A DNA stretch of 64,000 bases from the NCBI GenBank assembly GCA_010093705.1, contig MU006099.1, forward strand, positions 806,001 through 870,000. The letters are read 5' to 3'. The position numbers and the translations under genes were made by a program. The stretch comes from Patellaria atrata CBS 101060 (lineage: Eukaryota). Under the pieces are notes generated by a model that worked only from the letters and a program-made list of their open reading frames with translations, was not told the DNA's origin and made no database searches. Positions 50,718 to 62,033 of this stretch are shown one piece after another. How positions within the stretch are numbered: position 1 is the stretch's first letter; each line of letters begins with the position of its first letter.

Positions 50718-51362
50718 ATATGTTGAAGATTAAGTGGAGTATCAAGATACCGCTTAGATTGGTTGACATTGTAAGAACATCAGCCCGTGAACTGACTATG
50801 TAGGTATATAAAATAAATAGTCTAGATAGACCAAGCCAGATGCTTCACCCCTAAATGATTCATAGTTGAGCTCTATATTCAATAAAATACCTAGCACTAG
50901 ATCTAGAGTGGTGTTTAATAGAAAGACTTATCCCTATGCTTTTACTACTGGTCTATATTGTTCTCACCGCGGCTTTGGATAGCCCTGACCTACCTTTAAT
51001 TCCGTAATGTTCCCTAAAATGCTTAGTGACTTACTGATTGTATAGATCATGAAGGCCAGTTCAAACAAAGCACCCGCGAGCGCTTAACAACGTGCCATAA
51101 CATAGTTAGAGGAACGGTCTGGCTATACCACACTAATATCAACGTCTTTGTTTTTGAACAATGTATTTTAGATATCTTGGGGCAGCTAGCATAAAAGCGT
51201 CTCCCCAATCCTTTTCACCATTCTTTCCCACAATCCTACCCAATAACAATAACTGGGCAGAATCAATCACAGCCCTCGGCCAGAACATCTTAGAACCTGC
51301 ATATACGATTCCTAAACTCCCAAAACATTTCTCATCGTTCTGCACAATCTCAACAGAAAACA

Positions 51363-51608
51363 ATGTGCAACGATGTCTATCTTAGCTGGACCACAGCTCC
51401 AAGCCCCTGCGCGCACACCGCCCACTATGTCGCTTCAGAAGGCTGCGTTCTGTACGCGCAATCCGGAGCCCACTGCAGGCCTGCAGAACGAGGTGAGCAC
51501 CGGGTCGATCCAGCACCAGTGGATTGTAATGTATGCAAGCAGCAGAGACGGAAGAGGGAGGAGAAACGGGGGAAGAGACGCATGTTTAGGTGGTTGGAGT
51601 CTGCATGA
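51363..51608 (+). CDS. Small Cys/His-rich putative zinc-binding protein with basic tail
   Basis: Good start context (CAACAATG). Pattern MC...C.H...C...HC...CxxC followed by a basic helix, 81 aa. Confidence 0.55.
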   Translation: MCNDVYLSWTTAPSPCAHTAHYVASEGCVLYAQSGAHCRPAERGEHRVDPAPVDCNVCKQQRRKREEKRGKRRMFRWLESA

Positions 51609-51930
51609 GGGAAATTGTAGGAATGACGTCTGCGATCAGAGAAGTTGGTTTGCAGATTAGACTACTGCAACAGAAGTAAAACTTTCAAACCCGTAACAAT
51701 GGTCTCTGGGATTGAGAACTCTCCGAATTAGTGTTGAGTAGGAAATTGAGGGTTCAAACGAAATGACATAGAATGTTATAAGTGCATCATTGAGTGATTC
51801 AAAGAATTATAGATAGGATAGAAGTCATTATGGTAAGACGGAACTCCAAAGCGATGTTATGGCTCTAGTTTAGTGATATGAGCACAATAAAAAGCCCTCG
51901 GTGAGAATTACGTGGTATTACTATTTTTAC

Positions 51931-52863
51931 TCAGAATTTGTTCAACCCAAAACGCCAGCCATCCCACTCATCAGCATCTTCATCTTCATCTTCGTCACTG
52001 TCATCTTGTTCGGTGACATTGGGAACGTCCGCACTTTGTAGTAGTGGATCCACAGCCTTATTCTCAGTTCCTTGCGCACGCCGTATAGCCTCCCTTTTCT
52101 CCTTTAGCTTCTGTACTCGTTGCTCCAGCGCCTCCATCTCATCTAGCTCTTCCTCCATCTGCCTCGCAGCGTCTTCTTTCTCTGCTTCTAATTCAGCATC
52201 CCTCTTCCCCTTCTGCAAACTTTGCTCTTCCCTCGCCTGTGCGGCGATCTCCTGGGTAGTCATGGGCGCAGCTTCAATGGTCGCCACTGCATTTAAACCT
52301 GCTAATGTAAACGATCCAGGAGGTGGATCAGCTATATCTCGCTCGAAAGCTGCCCATTCATCTTCGTCAACTTCTGAGATTGGGGGTGCTTGTGAGATCT
52401 CCAAAGGAGGGTCCTGTACAAGCGGTCGTGCTGTGGATGGTGTGTCTGGTTCTAATGTCACTTCGTCATCTCTACTATGAGCATTAATATGTGACACTGA
52501 AGTGACATGATCTGCGGTCTCCGACTCGGTTGCTTCTTCCTCGGTGGTCATCTCACGCACAAACCCGTTGATTGGGGGCGGTTTTACTTTCTTCCTCTCC
52601 ATATTCTCATCTAGCTCATCATCAGATGACGCTTTTCGTTTTTTGTTACTCGGTGCTGCAGGTGGTGCTCCCCGCTGTACTGCTTTCTGCAAGCTCGTGG
52701 TATGTTGAGGGGATCGAATATGGGGCTCCCAATTCGCGTCAGATTTCAAACTGGTGTTGCAGACATTGCAGGTGAGGATTCCATTGGTGGTATAGGTCGC
52801 TTGGGGGTGTCGTATGCGTCGGGCTGCGCGGTTGTCACGGAGGAGAGATCGGACGTCAGCCAT
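51931..52863 (-). CDS. ZNF830/CCDC16-like zinc-finger coiled-coil protein
   Basis: MADVRSLL...RRI.HP.ATY...L.CNVC....KS...WEPH.RSPQH (matrin-type C2H2), DEDEWAAFERDI, a coiled coil and an acidic tail ending DGWR. Confidence 0.8.
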   Translation of the reverse strand: MADVRSLLRDNRAARRIRHPQATYTTNGILTCNVCNTSLKSDANWEPHIRSPQHTTSLQKAVQRGAPPAAPSNKKRKASSDDELDENMERKKVKPPPINGFVREMTTEEEATESETADHVTSVSHINAHSRDDEVTLEPDTPSTARPLVQDPPLEISQAPPISEVDEDEWAAFERDIADPPPGSFTLAGLNAVATIEAAPMTTQEIAAQAREEQSLQKGKRDAELEAEKEDAARQMEEELDEMEALEQRVQKLKEKREAIRRAQGTENKAVDPLLQSADVPNVTEQDDSDEDEDEDADEWDGWRFGLNKF

Positions 52864-54000
52864 GCTAAGCGAAGCTGACTTGGTGGTCGTCCTTGAGAAG
52901 GTGGGTATTATGGAGGGAACGAACAACGTGTCTCTGCTCCTATACACGCTTTTTCGTAGTTCGTTGTCCGTAGTTTAAAAGCTGTCTTGGGAGGTGTAGG
53001 TTCTATCTATGTAAAGAACAGTATTGCTTCGCTTACCTAATGACGAGAGGAACGTAAGATTACTGGGAGCGGGGAGCGGGAAAGCTCTTGGCTGAGGTTA
53101 GGGCCAAGGAGAATCTACATTCCACCATAGCATCACGTGAGGCATTGTGCAGTAGAATAAATATACAGCCATCAGTTTAACTTTACCGTTTAAACCTGCC
53201 AAACCGAGTCCATATATAATTTCCTTCTTTATTTATAACCTCAACCGCCATCTACTCCAGTAGCGAGGGTTGATAGTGGTATCTGTTGACTTGCTTCCAT
53301 CGAAATCACGGGATTTTTGTTTTCTTCCACCTTGCCGGTAACTGACCGCACCTTCCCGCAAACAGTTTAGATTATTTCCCACTCCCCTCTCGCTTCATTT
53401 CTTCCTTCTATCGCCTCCAGCTGTCGCAACTCGCAACAAGTTGATGAGCCAAAGCCAACAACTCCAATTCCCTTTTTCTTCATCTCCCATTTCTTCCCAT
53501 CTACGGTATTCACGCTCGGCAGATCTGATACACTTCGCGTGCATTTTTGCGCTCGGCTCAGAATATTTACTCAAAATTACTCCGAACATCATCTCATCTC
53601 ATTGCAACCTGGAAGAGGTTCTGCCGGCTGAGCTGAGGTGTCATCCCGGCCCGCAACCACAGTATCGTGATTCAATTTTGGAAGTGAACGTTCGGTCACA
53701 CGCAAAAGGGGCACGCACGCACAGATCTTGCATCATTGACGTTTCCGTCGCCATCTTCAGTTGTTTAGGTTTCTGCAAGTAGGGCATTAGGCTGGTGGAA
53801 ACGACCTCTGCGTTCTTGCTAGCTATTCTTCCGTGCACGCGCATCCACGCGTGCATCTGTGTCGCATCTCCCTTCTATCCATAGTTGCACCAAAACTGTG
53901 AAGACTAGAGATATTGCCATTCCTGAAACCCATAATATCACTGCGACCTGGTTGTGACCGTTTATCTGTGAGAACGAGCACCTAGTACTCTAGACGGACC

Positions 54001-56390
54001 ATGGCAGGTAAGCATGCGCACCATCACACGTTATGCCATGTCCCATTTCCGCTAGACGGTACACGATTCAAATGCTGCCTGATACCAGAGCTAACTTTAT
54101 TGTTTCCCATAGACGAGCCTCGAAGATCTGGTCGCGCTACCAAAGGCCAGCACACCAAGCTTGAAGACCAACCTCCCACTACAGCGCCCGCATCTAAAAA
54201 GAAGGGGAAAGGTAAGAACAAATTAGAAGAGGAAGAAGAGGAAGAAGATGACCCGGAGAACCGAGTGCGATGCCCCTGTGGCGCGGTTGAGGATCTGGGG
54301 GGTCGCATGATGCTTCAATGCGAAGACTGCAGAGCATGGCAACATAACGACTGCATGGGACTACCTGAAGATCCGAACGATTGCCCGGAATATTGGCAAT
54401 GTGAACAGTGCAACCCCGAATTGCCCTTGAACAAGGAACTCTTGGGTGCGTTAACTCGAGGAGAACCCCTCTTAGAGAAGCGTCAAAAGCTAGCGGAGGC
54501 GGAAAGGCACGCAAAGAAAAAGAAGAAAGGAAAGAAAGGGAAAGGAGGAAAGGCATCCCGTCCCAGTGAGCTCCTTTCCGAGGTTGGTGATACTGCTACT
54601 ACGACGAAGCCACAACCCCCATCCCCCACAATAAACGCAACACAAGAAGTGAAAGTAGAAACCGGCCGTGAGATCCAGACGCCGAATGGGGAAGATAAAG
54701 GTAGAGCTGGGGGCAAGCGACGAAGGAGTGAAATTCATGATAATCAGGATACTAAATCAAAACGGCAGAAATCAGAAGACAAACGAGACTCGAAGAGTCG
54801 CAGTGCGTCTATGGAACCTATAGCTGAGAAAATCGACGATTTGCCAGAGGATCGTAAACGTGTGGCTACTGCTCTCATGAAAACTATATCTCCTATCATC
54901 AGAAAGACTGCTAAAGGCGGTTCTTATAGAATTCCCGATGGAGAAACAGCGGACTCGTTAGCTGCACGCCTAGCACTTGGAACTGAGCATTCTATGTTCA
55001 GTAGTTATTACGGCACAATCAAATATAGAGACCAGTTCCGATCGATGATTCCGAATATGAAGCGTAATCCTACCTTGGTAGAACGACTCTTACATGGTTC
55101 CCTCACGCCTCGCGAGTTGGGTGTCATGCCCGAAGCTGAGATGGCCAGTGAAGAGAGACAGCAAGAGAATGCGAAGATCAAAGCTGAAGCGGAAAAGCAG
55201 GCTATACTTGTTAACGAAGAGGGCCCACGACTGAGAAAAACCCATAAAGGTGAAGAGATCGTGGAACCGGTTGGGGACCAAGCGGAAACTGACACCTTTA
55301 CTTATCCTGAACCACGAGTCCCGCGCCATCGGGAAGAAGAGCAGAAAGAGCCCGATGACACCGAGATGGTCGATGCGGGGAGTCCAGTCGAGCTTCCGGA
55401 AGATATTGGGATTAAAAAACCGCTCACAGTGGATACCTCGCGGTCTGCACAGGGTGTGACTGGGACGAAAGACTCGGCATCTAGCTTTGATATCTCTCAA
55501 GTTTGGTCTAGTGTCCAGTCGCCTGATGTTGATAAGCAGAGATTTTCCCAGACGTCGCGACGTCAAAGCTCAGTACCTCAACCCCAAGCACAAGGCCCAG
55601 GCGTCGACGCCGATATAGATCGGATGTTGGATGATGACGATAACTTTTCGCCGCAAGTATCGCCGACGGCATACAGCTCGGATGCTACGATCGCTTGGCA
55701 AGGGAAGATCAATATGCATGCCACAGCAACGTTCCTAGCATCGGCAAGGTTTGTAGCGGGTGGTGACATTGGGCATAAGATACCCTACTCTGAGCTGCTT
55801 CCCAGGACTCTTGAAATTAAAGGTCGGATAGCACCTAAGGACGCCAATCATTATGTTGCAGGACAAGCGAACAACCCTTACAACGATGTCGCTGTGCTCT
55901 CCCTCTCCCCGACCGGTACCGAGAGTCAAGCAAACTTTGATCGTTTCTTCAATTATTTCCGATTTGAAAAGGAACGCTGGGCGGTTGTCGGTGATCTACC
56001 ACATGACGGTGCAGTAAAGGATATCTACATAGTCCCTGTAGAAGCTGGTGCTGAACCTTATCAAGGTGGCGACGCTGAAACACCCTCATTTTTAGATATG
56101 CTTTCAGATAACACCATTGAGAAGCCGCGGCCTAGTAACATGCTCTTACTTACCATCATCGCTAGGACAAGGACTCCACCGTCCTCTGCTCAAGCAACGC
56201 CGGCAGGTATACCTACCGGAAGCAGTACATCTCAGGTGATTCCCCAAGGCCCTCGTATGAGTCTCCCAGGCCCTCAATTCTCCCCCATGGTCGCACAACC
56301 TTCGAGCTCATTCCCGCCTCAGGTTCCGGGTCAAGTACAAGCACCTGGTTATGGATCCCCATATGGCTCACAGCACGCTCAACAGCAGCC

Positions 56391-56444
<54 letters not shown>

Positions 56445-56772
56445 TCGACTCTCTCCCACACCTCCTTCGCATACACAGTCTCATAATAAACCGTCATCGC
56501 AGCATCCTACCAATTCTCGTCCACAGCCCTCCCAAATCTCATCCCCTTATTCACCTCCACCCCAGGCGAACAGCCCGTGGTTGCAGATACTTGGTCCTCT
56601 GTTCCACTCGCCGACCGTCGCAACCATCTATAAGACCAACCCCAACCTTGATACAAAGAGCATTGAATCTCTGAAAGATATTCTGTCTCAGGATCCGAAA
56701 GCGGGAACAGACATGACAGTATTTGCGAGACTTGTGGAGAAAGGAGGAAGCTCCACGGCCGGGGGTGATTAA
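54001..56772 (+). CDS. BYE1: Transcription factor Bye1 (PHD, TFIIS central domain, SPOC)
   Basis: MA/DEPRRSGRATKGQH (intron 54008-54111), PHD finger RCPCG...QCEDC.AWQHNDC...CEQC, TFIIS-M (YRDQFRS...MASEE), RKTHKGEEIV and SPOC (WQGKI...GRI...VKDIYIVP). Confidence 0.9.
56392..56442 (+). repeat. (CAA)17 poly-Gln tract in BYE1
   Basis: Seventeen uninterrupted CAA codons. Confidence 0.95.
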
Positions 56773-59700
56773 AGCAGAGCTATCGTGGAAGGAGAGTAAT
56801 AAGAGAAGGGGGTTCATTCAACTGGGGATAGCAGCTGAGCACACGGAATGAAGGTGTTTTCTTAAACCTCAAACAGCAGTGGTTCGTAGGGCAACGTCGC
56901 ACGGGGTTAGTTTCTGTGAAAATTCGGATCGTTCGGGTTTTGTGGTCGGGGCCGTATGCGGCTGGGGCCAATATTCTCTCCACTAAATTTTTCTGTACTT
57001 CTATTTGGACCATGTGGACCATCTATTCGGTTCTTCCGTCACAAATCGTGGACGAACGATGGGTTACTCCTTTGGAGCTTCAGAAGTCTCCGCCCCTTCT
57101 TTCATTTTTCTACTCAGACAGGGGGTGATGTCGAGTGGTGCTGGATTTGGCGTTAGCAACGACGTTTTGAACATTGGACGGCCGGCTTCCTTCGCTGGGG
57201 CTTGGTTATAAGAACAATATGTCGATTTCATACTTTGTATCAGATTAAAATCAGAATACTTTCTGCGTCGATAACTGAAACCTAATGCTGTGAACTGTCC
57301 TCGAAGTACATCTAGATACCATACACAATTATATAAGCAGCGTAGTATTTGCCCGAACGACCTAACACAACACGACCTGCTCTTGCATCTCCGCACGTCT
57401 CCAGCGCTTTTTCACCTCAGGATCCATTAGACCTTATTGCCAGATCGATTTCAACGCTCTTTACTATTATATATATACGAATAGCGCTCTACTAGCTTTA
57501 CATACCAACGGAATGGGCTTTGATTCCTCCGTTATTCCCACAAAAAATAAAATCCTTCAACCTTCCAACTCTACATTTGCCCGAAAACTGTCCCTCTTTC
57601 CTTCTAAAACTAGCAAGAAGCCGATAGAGAATGTGTCAACATTTCCGTAAACCTGTGTTGATAGCTTCTTGAGAGCAAATCTCTTAAACGGCCTTTCGTA
57701 TCATTACCTATAACGAAGTGCAACACGTATTTCCCATATTAATGAGTATAGGGAGCTCAATACCTCTACTTCGATAACCCAGCAGTTCCATCTTCATTCA
57801 AGTCGGCGAAATAGAGAAAGAGAGATACCATCTGCCAGAAAGTCTATGTTCGAATATGGGGTCTCCGATGATCCAGCACGTTGGTGAATCCGGATACCAG
57901 AACACACTGAGAAAGTAAATCTCCTAGTCACCTCTTATTAGCAATATCGGATGTCAGCACTGGTTATACTAATAAGGATAGAGTGACATCAAATAAAAAG
58001 TGCGGTCTAGGTAATTGAAGCCAAGGTAAAGCCTCTATATCCTCCCGAATATAGGGATTTCTGCAGGAGTCATTAAAGTTCTAATAAATATCGGCGATGT
58101 GTCGAAGTTGCATAAGCCTCGTTTCTACCCTCTTTACGTCAAATATACATACGAATTTCTGGTTCTCTTGTTACCAACTTGTTGTAGAACGTTGAGATCC
58201 CTTAGTCAATCATGGAATGATCATTCCTCCATGTACATCAAATCATAGGGGAAAATTCCATTGATACGACGATTAGTCCGAAGAATGACATTTCTAAGAT
58301 GTCTACATGTATCACTTGTCAGTTCAACGAATACTTTCCCCACTACTAGACGCCCGTTCTCTACTTTCATGCACGTAACTGGACTTTCAAATGCGTACTC
58401 CAAAGCAGAAATAGAGATTTTGATGAACCTCAAGGCGGAGGTATGGCAATATACTACCTTACTTTTCACAATGGCGCTGCTGTCACCGCTTTCCGCTTCG
58501 GACTCCCGCAGACACCATAGCTAAAACTGTAACAGGCTAGAGCCTAGTGGTATGGGCGCGCCCTGCATCCGAAGATCAGCCAGTAATATTTTCCTCAAAT
58601 CTGCCCTCAGACTCTTCTTTTCTCCTTTATCTTGATTGTAGATAGCATCTGGACTAGATAATTGGAACACAATTACTAGAGGCCGCTCACAAAAACGAGG
58701 ATGCAAGCCGATGGTCTCTTACAACTCATATATACGTGTTTGGGGCATATATCCCATAGGAGAGAGGAGATAAAAAAGCTGCCTGATAAGTTTTGTGAAG
58801 AAGGTATCATGGCTAGCATTCGATTTCTGACATGCTGGGATGAGGTGAACCTTGATACTTCCGGCCATATGAGCCGCGTTGCTTAATCACAGAGTAACTG
58901 TTGCCACTTCATTACATCCTGCCAGAGCACCACAGCTATATTATGAAGACTTTCTGGGGATATTAAACAGTACAACGATCCCGACCTTTGACAGGAGAAC
59001 GGCAGTCATCCATCAGTTTGAAGCTTCGGTAACCCTACCAGATATGAAACTACATCTTTAACTGGAAAAGTGACGTTTCATAACGAGCTAGAGATGCCAA
59101 CTGCGATTCTCCACGTTCGGAGCTAAAGCAACAAACTATTTCGAAGGGGAACGAATGTGGTATGAAACCTGCGGTTCAAGAGCATATCGACGGATACGAG
59201 CGAAAGGGGCTTCGTGCCGTATGCACTTTCTAACACTTAGTATGATGGGGCTTAGTGAACTACCTGGAGGCATGCCTGTTCTTGGCTCCTAGAGATGGTA
59301 TCCCGCATTCCTTTGCGCATGCTAAGAAACTATTTTACTTACATTCAGCATTATTCGTATTTCTCTTTATGGTTACTGTAGCAACAAGGTAGGTCATGTC
59401 GGGTTTACCGCTACTTCGTTACCTTACTGTCGAACATATACGGTATTGATATTACATCTGGGGACCAACCGTGATGGATAATTCTCCAATAGCATAAGCA
59501 GCTACCTTGAAATAATGAGACATCCAATGAAACAAAAGGAAGTCCAAAAGGAGGTTAACTAGATGTAATAAATATAGAATGAGGTATCATATTATGTCAA
59601 TGTCTACCGACTCCCACTTCCTGTATTGTAGAGAAAAGTTAATAGACTTGAGTAAGGCGACTCAACAGCAGGAAAGGTATAAAGAAGTTGCGGGAATATG

Positions 59701-60668
59701 TGCTAGAATATTTGAATGTCGCTGTTGTAACCTCAGTTTGTTCTTGTTACGGAACGGTATACTAACCGGTCAGTGACTAGGCACTGCTAGTCTCACGGTA
59801 AGGGAGATTGGTCGGCCCGAGAGGCTTGGCTCACGCATGTCTTCTCGTCTACTCGTAGCTAGAACTAGAGCAATTCAACTCACTTTTACCACAGCTCTAT
59901 GCTCGTTTCTTAACAGTTCTCTTCTTGCAGTTACCGTAGAAGCGTTGAGTTGCATGGTGATCTTATTCTTGAAAGAGACCAACACACCTTACATATTTTT
60001 TCTTTTATTAGAGTTTACATTGTGTATAATTCTTATGCAATTTTATTTTCTCCTCCACATGCACGACAGATTCCTATGCAGACTTTTTTCGTTTCACTTA
60101 CTCCACCTTGGACAACGGCCACATCATTTTATACATTCTGAATAGCAGTTTGCCTCATCTCTTCCTGTTCCTTTCTGAAATCTTTGTTATTCTATAGCTA
60201 ATTCATTCATTCATTCCTTCCTCTCCATAAGAGGGAAATGACCGGAAAGATGAGCGATATCGATGCTTCGATGTATCGACGACATGTTATATCAATACGT
60301 GGAAAGCTGTAAGAAATGTACAGTTGAGACCTGATTAAGGCAGCCCAATCCTTAGTCCATAATATATCTTGAGTTCAGTCACCTAGTAAAACAGTAATAA
60401 TTATACATTAAACGAAGACTGCATAACTGGCAAGTGGAAAAACAGAATATATCACTTTGCTTGGCTTGGATCCGTCATATCCGCCAAATTACAGCGTCCG
60501 GTAATATGTAGATAAGGGCTGCAGAGCAAGACATGCATTCTTCAATTACTTGAAGATATGGCATGACAAACGTAAAAGTACTGTTCTTAAAGAAGTGATA
60601 TCAAGGCGTTATAAGGCATAAATATCCCATTTTGAGGTCTATATAGCGAGTGATATTCTTTATAGCGG

Positions 60669-62033
60669 TCACTGATAGACGTAACAGAAAGGTCCAGCTG
60701 TAGTGCTCACCAACTGACCGCTTGGGATACTTCCTGTGGTAGCCGGCGCAACAATAGATAAATGCTGAAGATCACTCAGTTTTCCGGCTTTGCTGTTCAT
60801 CACCATCCATTCTGTCCCTCCCATGTATTGCTGCACGCGGGTTGCTGGGTCTTGATTCTGCCAGATCCACCAATGACGATCTACTTGTCCATGATGAAGC
60901 CAAAACGCTGGGTCAGCCGGGGACACGTAGAAGTCGCCAGCTGGGTCTCCCCAAATGGTGTAGTGACCTGCAGTATGAAGTGAGAATGCCTGTCGTGTGT
61001 CTGTTTGTAAGGTGTCTTGAAATACGCCTTGGTCCTTTGACGATGTGATGTGTTTCGCAATATCCTGCGGCCGGAGATACTGAGATGTGAAATAACTAGT
61101 TACATCTCGGCGCATACACCGGGGGTTGTAGCCATATCCGTCAGGTCGAGGGTTTCTTGGAATTCCGATTTTGGGGTCCATAGAAGGCGCAATCGGACCG
61201 ACGTTAACAGTTGTACTGAGGCATAATCAGTCGCGGGTTTCTTATAAGACGAACATGAGATCATAAAACTTACTTCGCTAATGCACCCGTCATCACACAA
61301 CCACCACCATTGCCTGCGGGGACTTGCTGGCCAACCATTCCGAGAGGCTGGCCGCTATGGGCGACATATTCGCCATTCCCTCCCATACTATGTGCATCAC
61401 CATTGAAAATCGGCGACTTGAGCGGGTCAGGGTACTTCCCCCAGTTCCAATACTGTTTTTCTCGTTAGAGATACGGCACGATGGAGCTGTGTAGGGTATG
61501 TAGAATCTCACTGGTTGATAGCCTTTGTAGCCGCACTCGTCCCGAAGAGCTACTTCATATGCCCAGATATAATATCTATGCCAGTGCAAGAAGTTTGCTG
61601 TCCCATGAACCATATGAGTCATGTTGATGTGCACGATAACAAAGTCATCATAACGATTCTTCGCCCCTGGGTATTGACTTGAGCTCAACTTTGAGGGGGC
61701 ATTTAACAGACACTTGACTGCTTTCGTATAATCATCCCTTTCGTCGGTGGTGAGATCGCCACTACAATGCGAACATGTTAGCCCGACCATAATTTATAAT
61801 AGAAATGGAGGTAGATATTACTATTCTTTTCGAATAACGACGTTGTCCCTATTACAAGAAGTATGGGAACTTCCATCCTGGAGCGTACCATCTAAGATCT
61901 TGTATGCATTCTCCAAAGCTATTGCAGCGAGCTCATCATCGGGGCCACGGGCAACCAGAGGAGCTCCTGATACAGCTGGCGCCAAAAGTAGGGAAACACC
62001 TAAGGCCGAGGATAGCTTCTTCCAGTTGACCAT
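60669..62033 (-). CDS. Secreted tyrosinase-family di-copper protein
   Basis: Signal peptide MVNWKKLSSALGVSLLLAPAVSG, RKE/YGDL, CuA (HINMTHMVHGTANFLHWHR), ECGYKGYQP and CuB (LHTAGH...SPADPAFWLHHGQVDR). Three introns. Confidence 0.92.

Noticed and set aside
59837..60145. 102-aa hydrophobic ORF
   Set aside because: The hydrophobicity is explained by T-rich non-coding composition, and there is no supporting motif.
56800..60600. 3.8-kb gap considered as a telomerase RNA, snoRNA or transposon locus
   Set aside because: I saw no TAACCCTAA-type template, convincing C/D box pair, terminal repeats or transposase/RT motifs. A covariance-model search would be needed to exclude an ncRNA.
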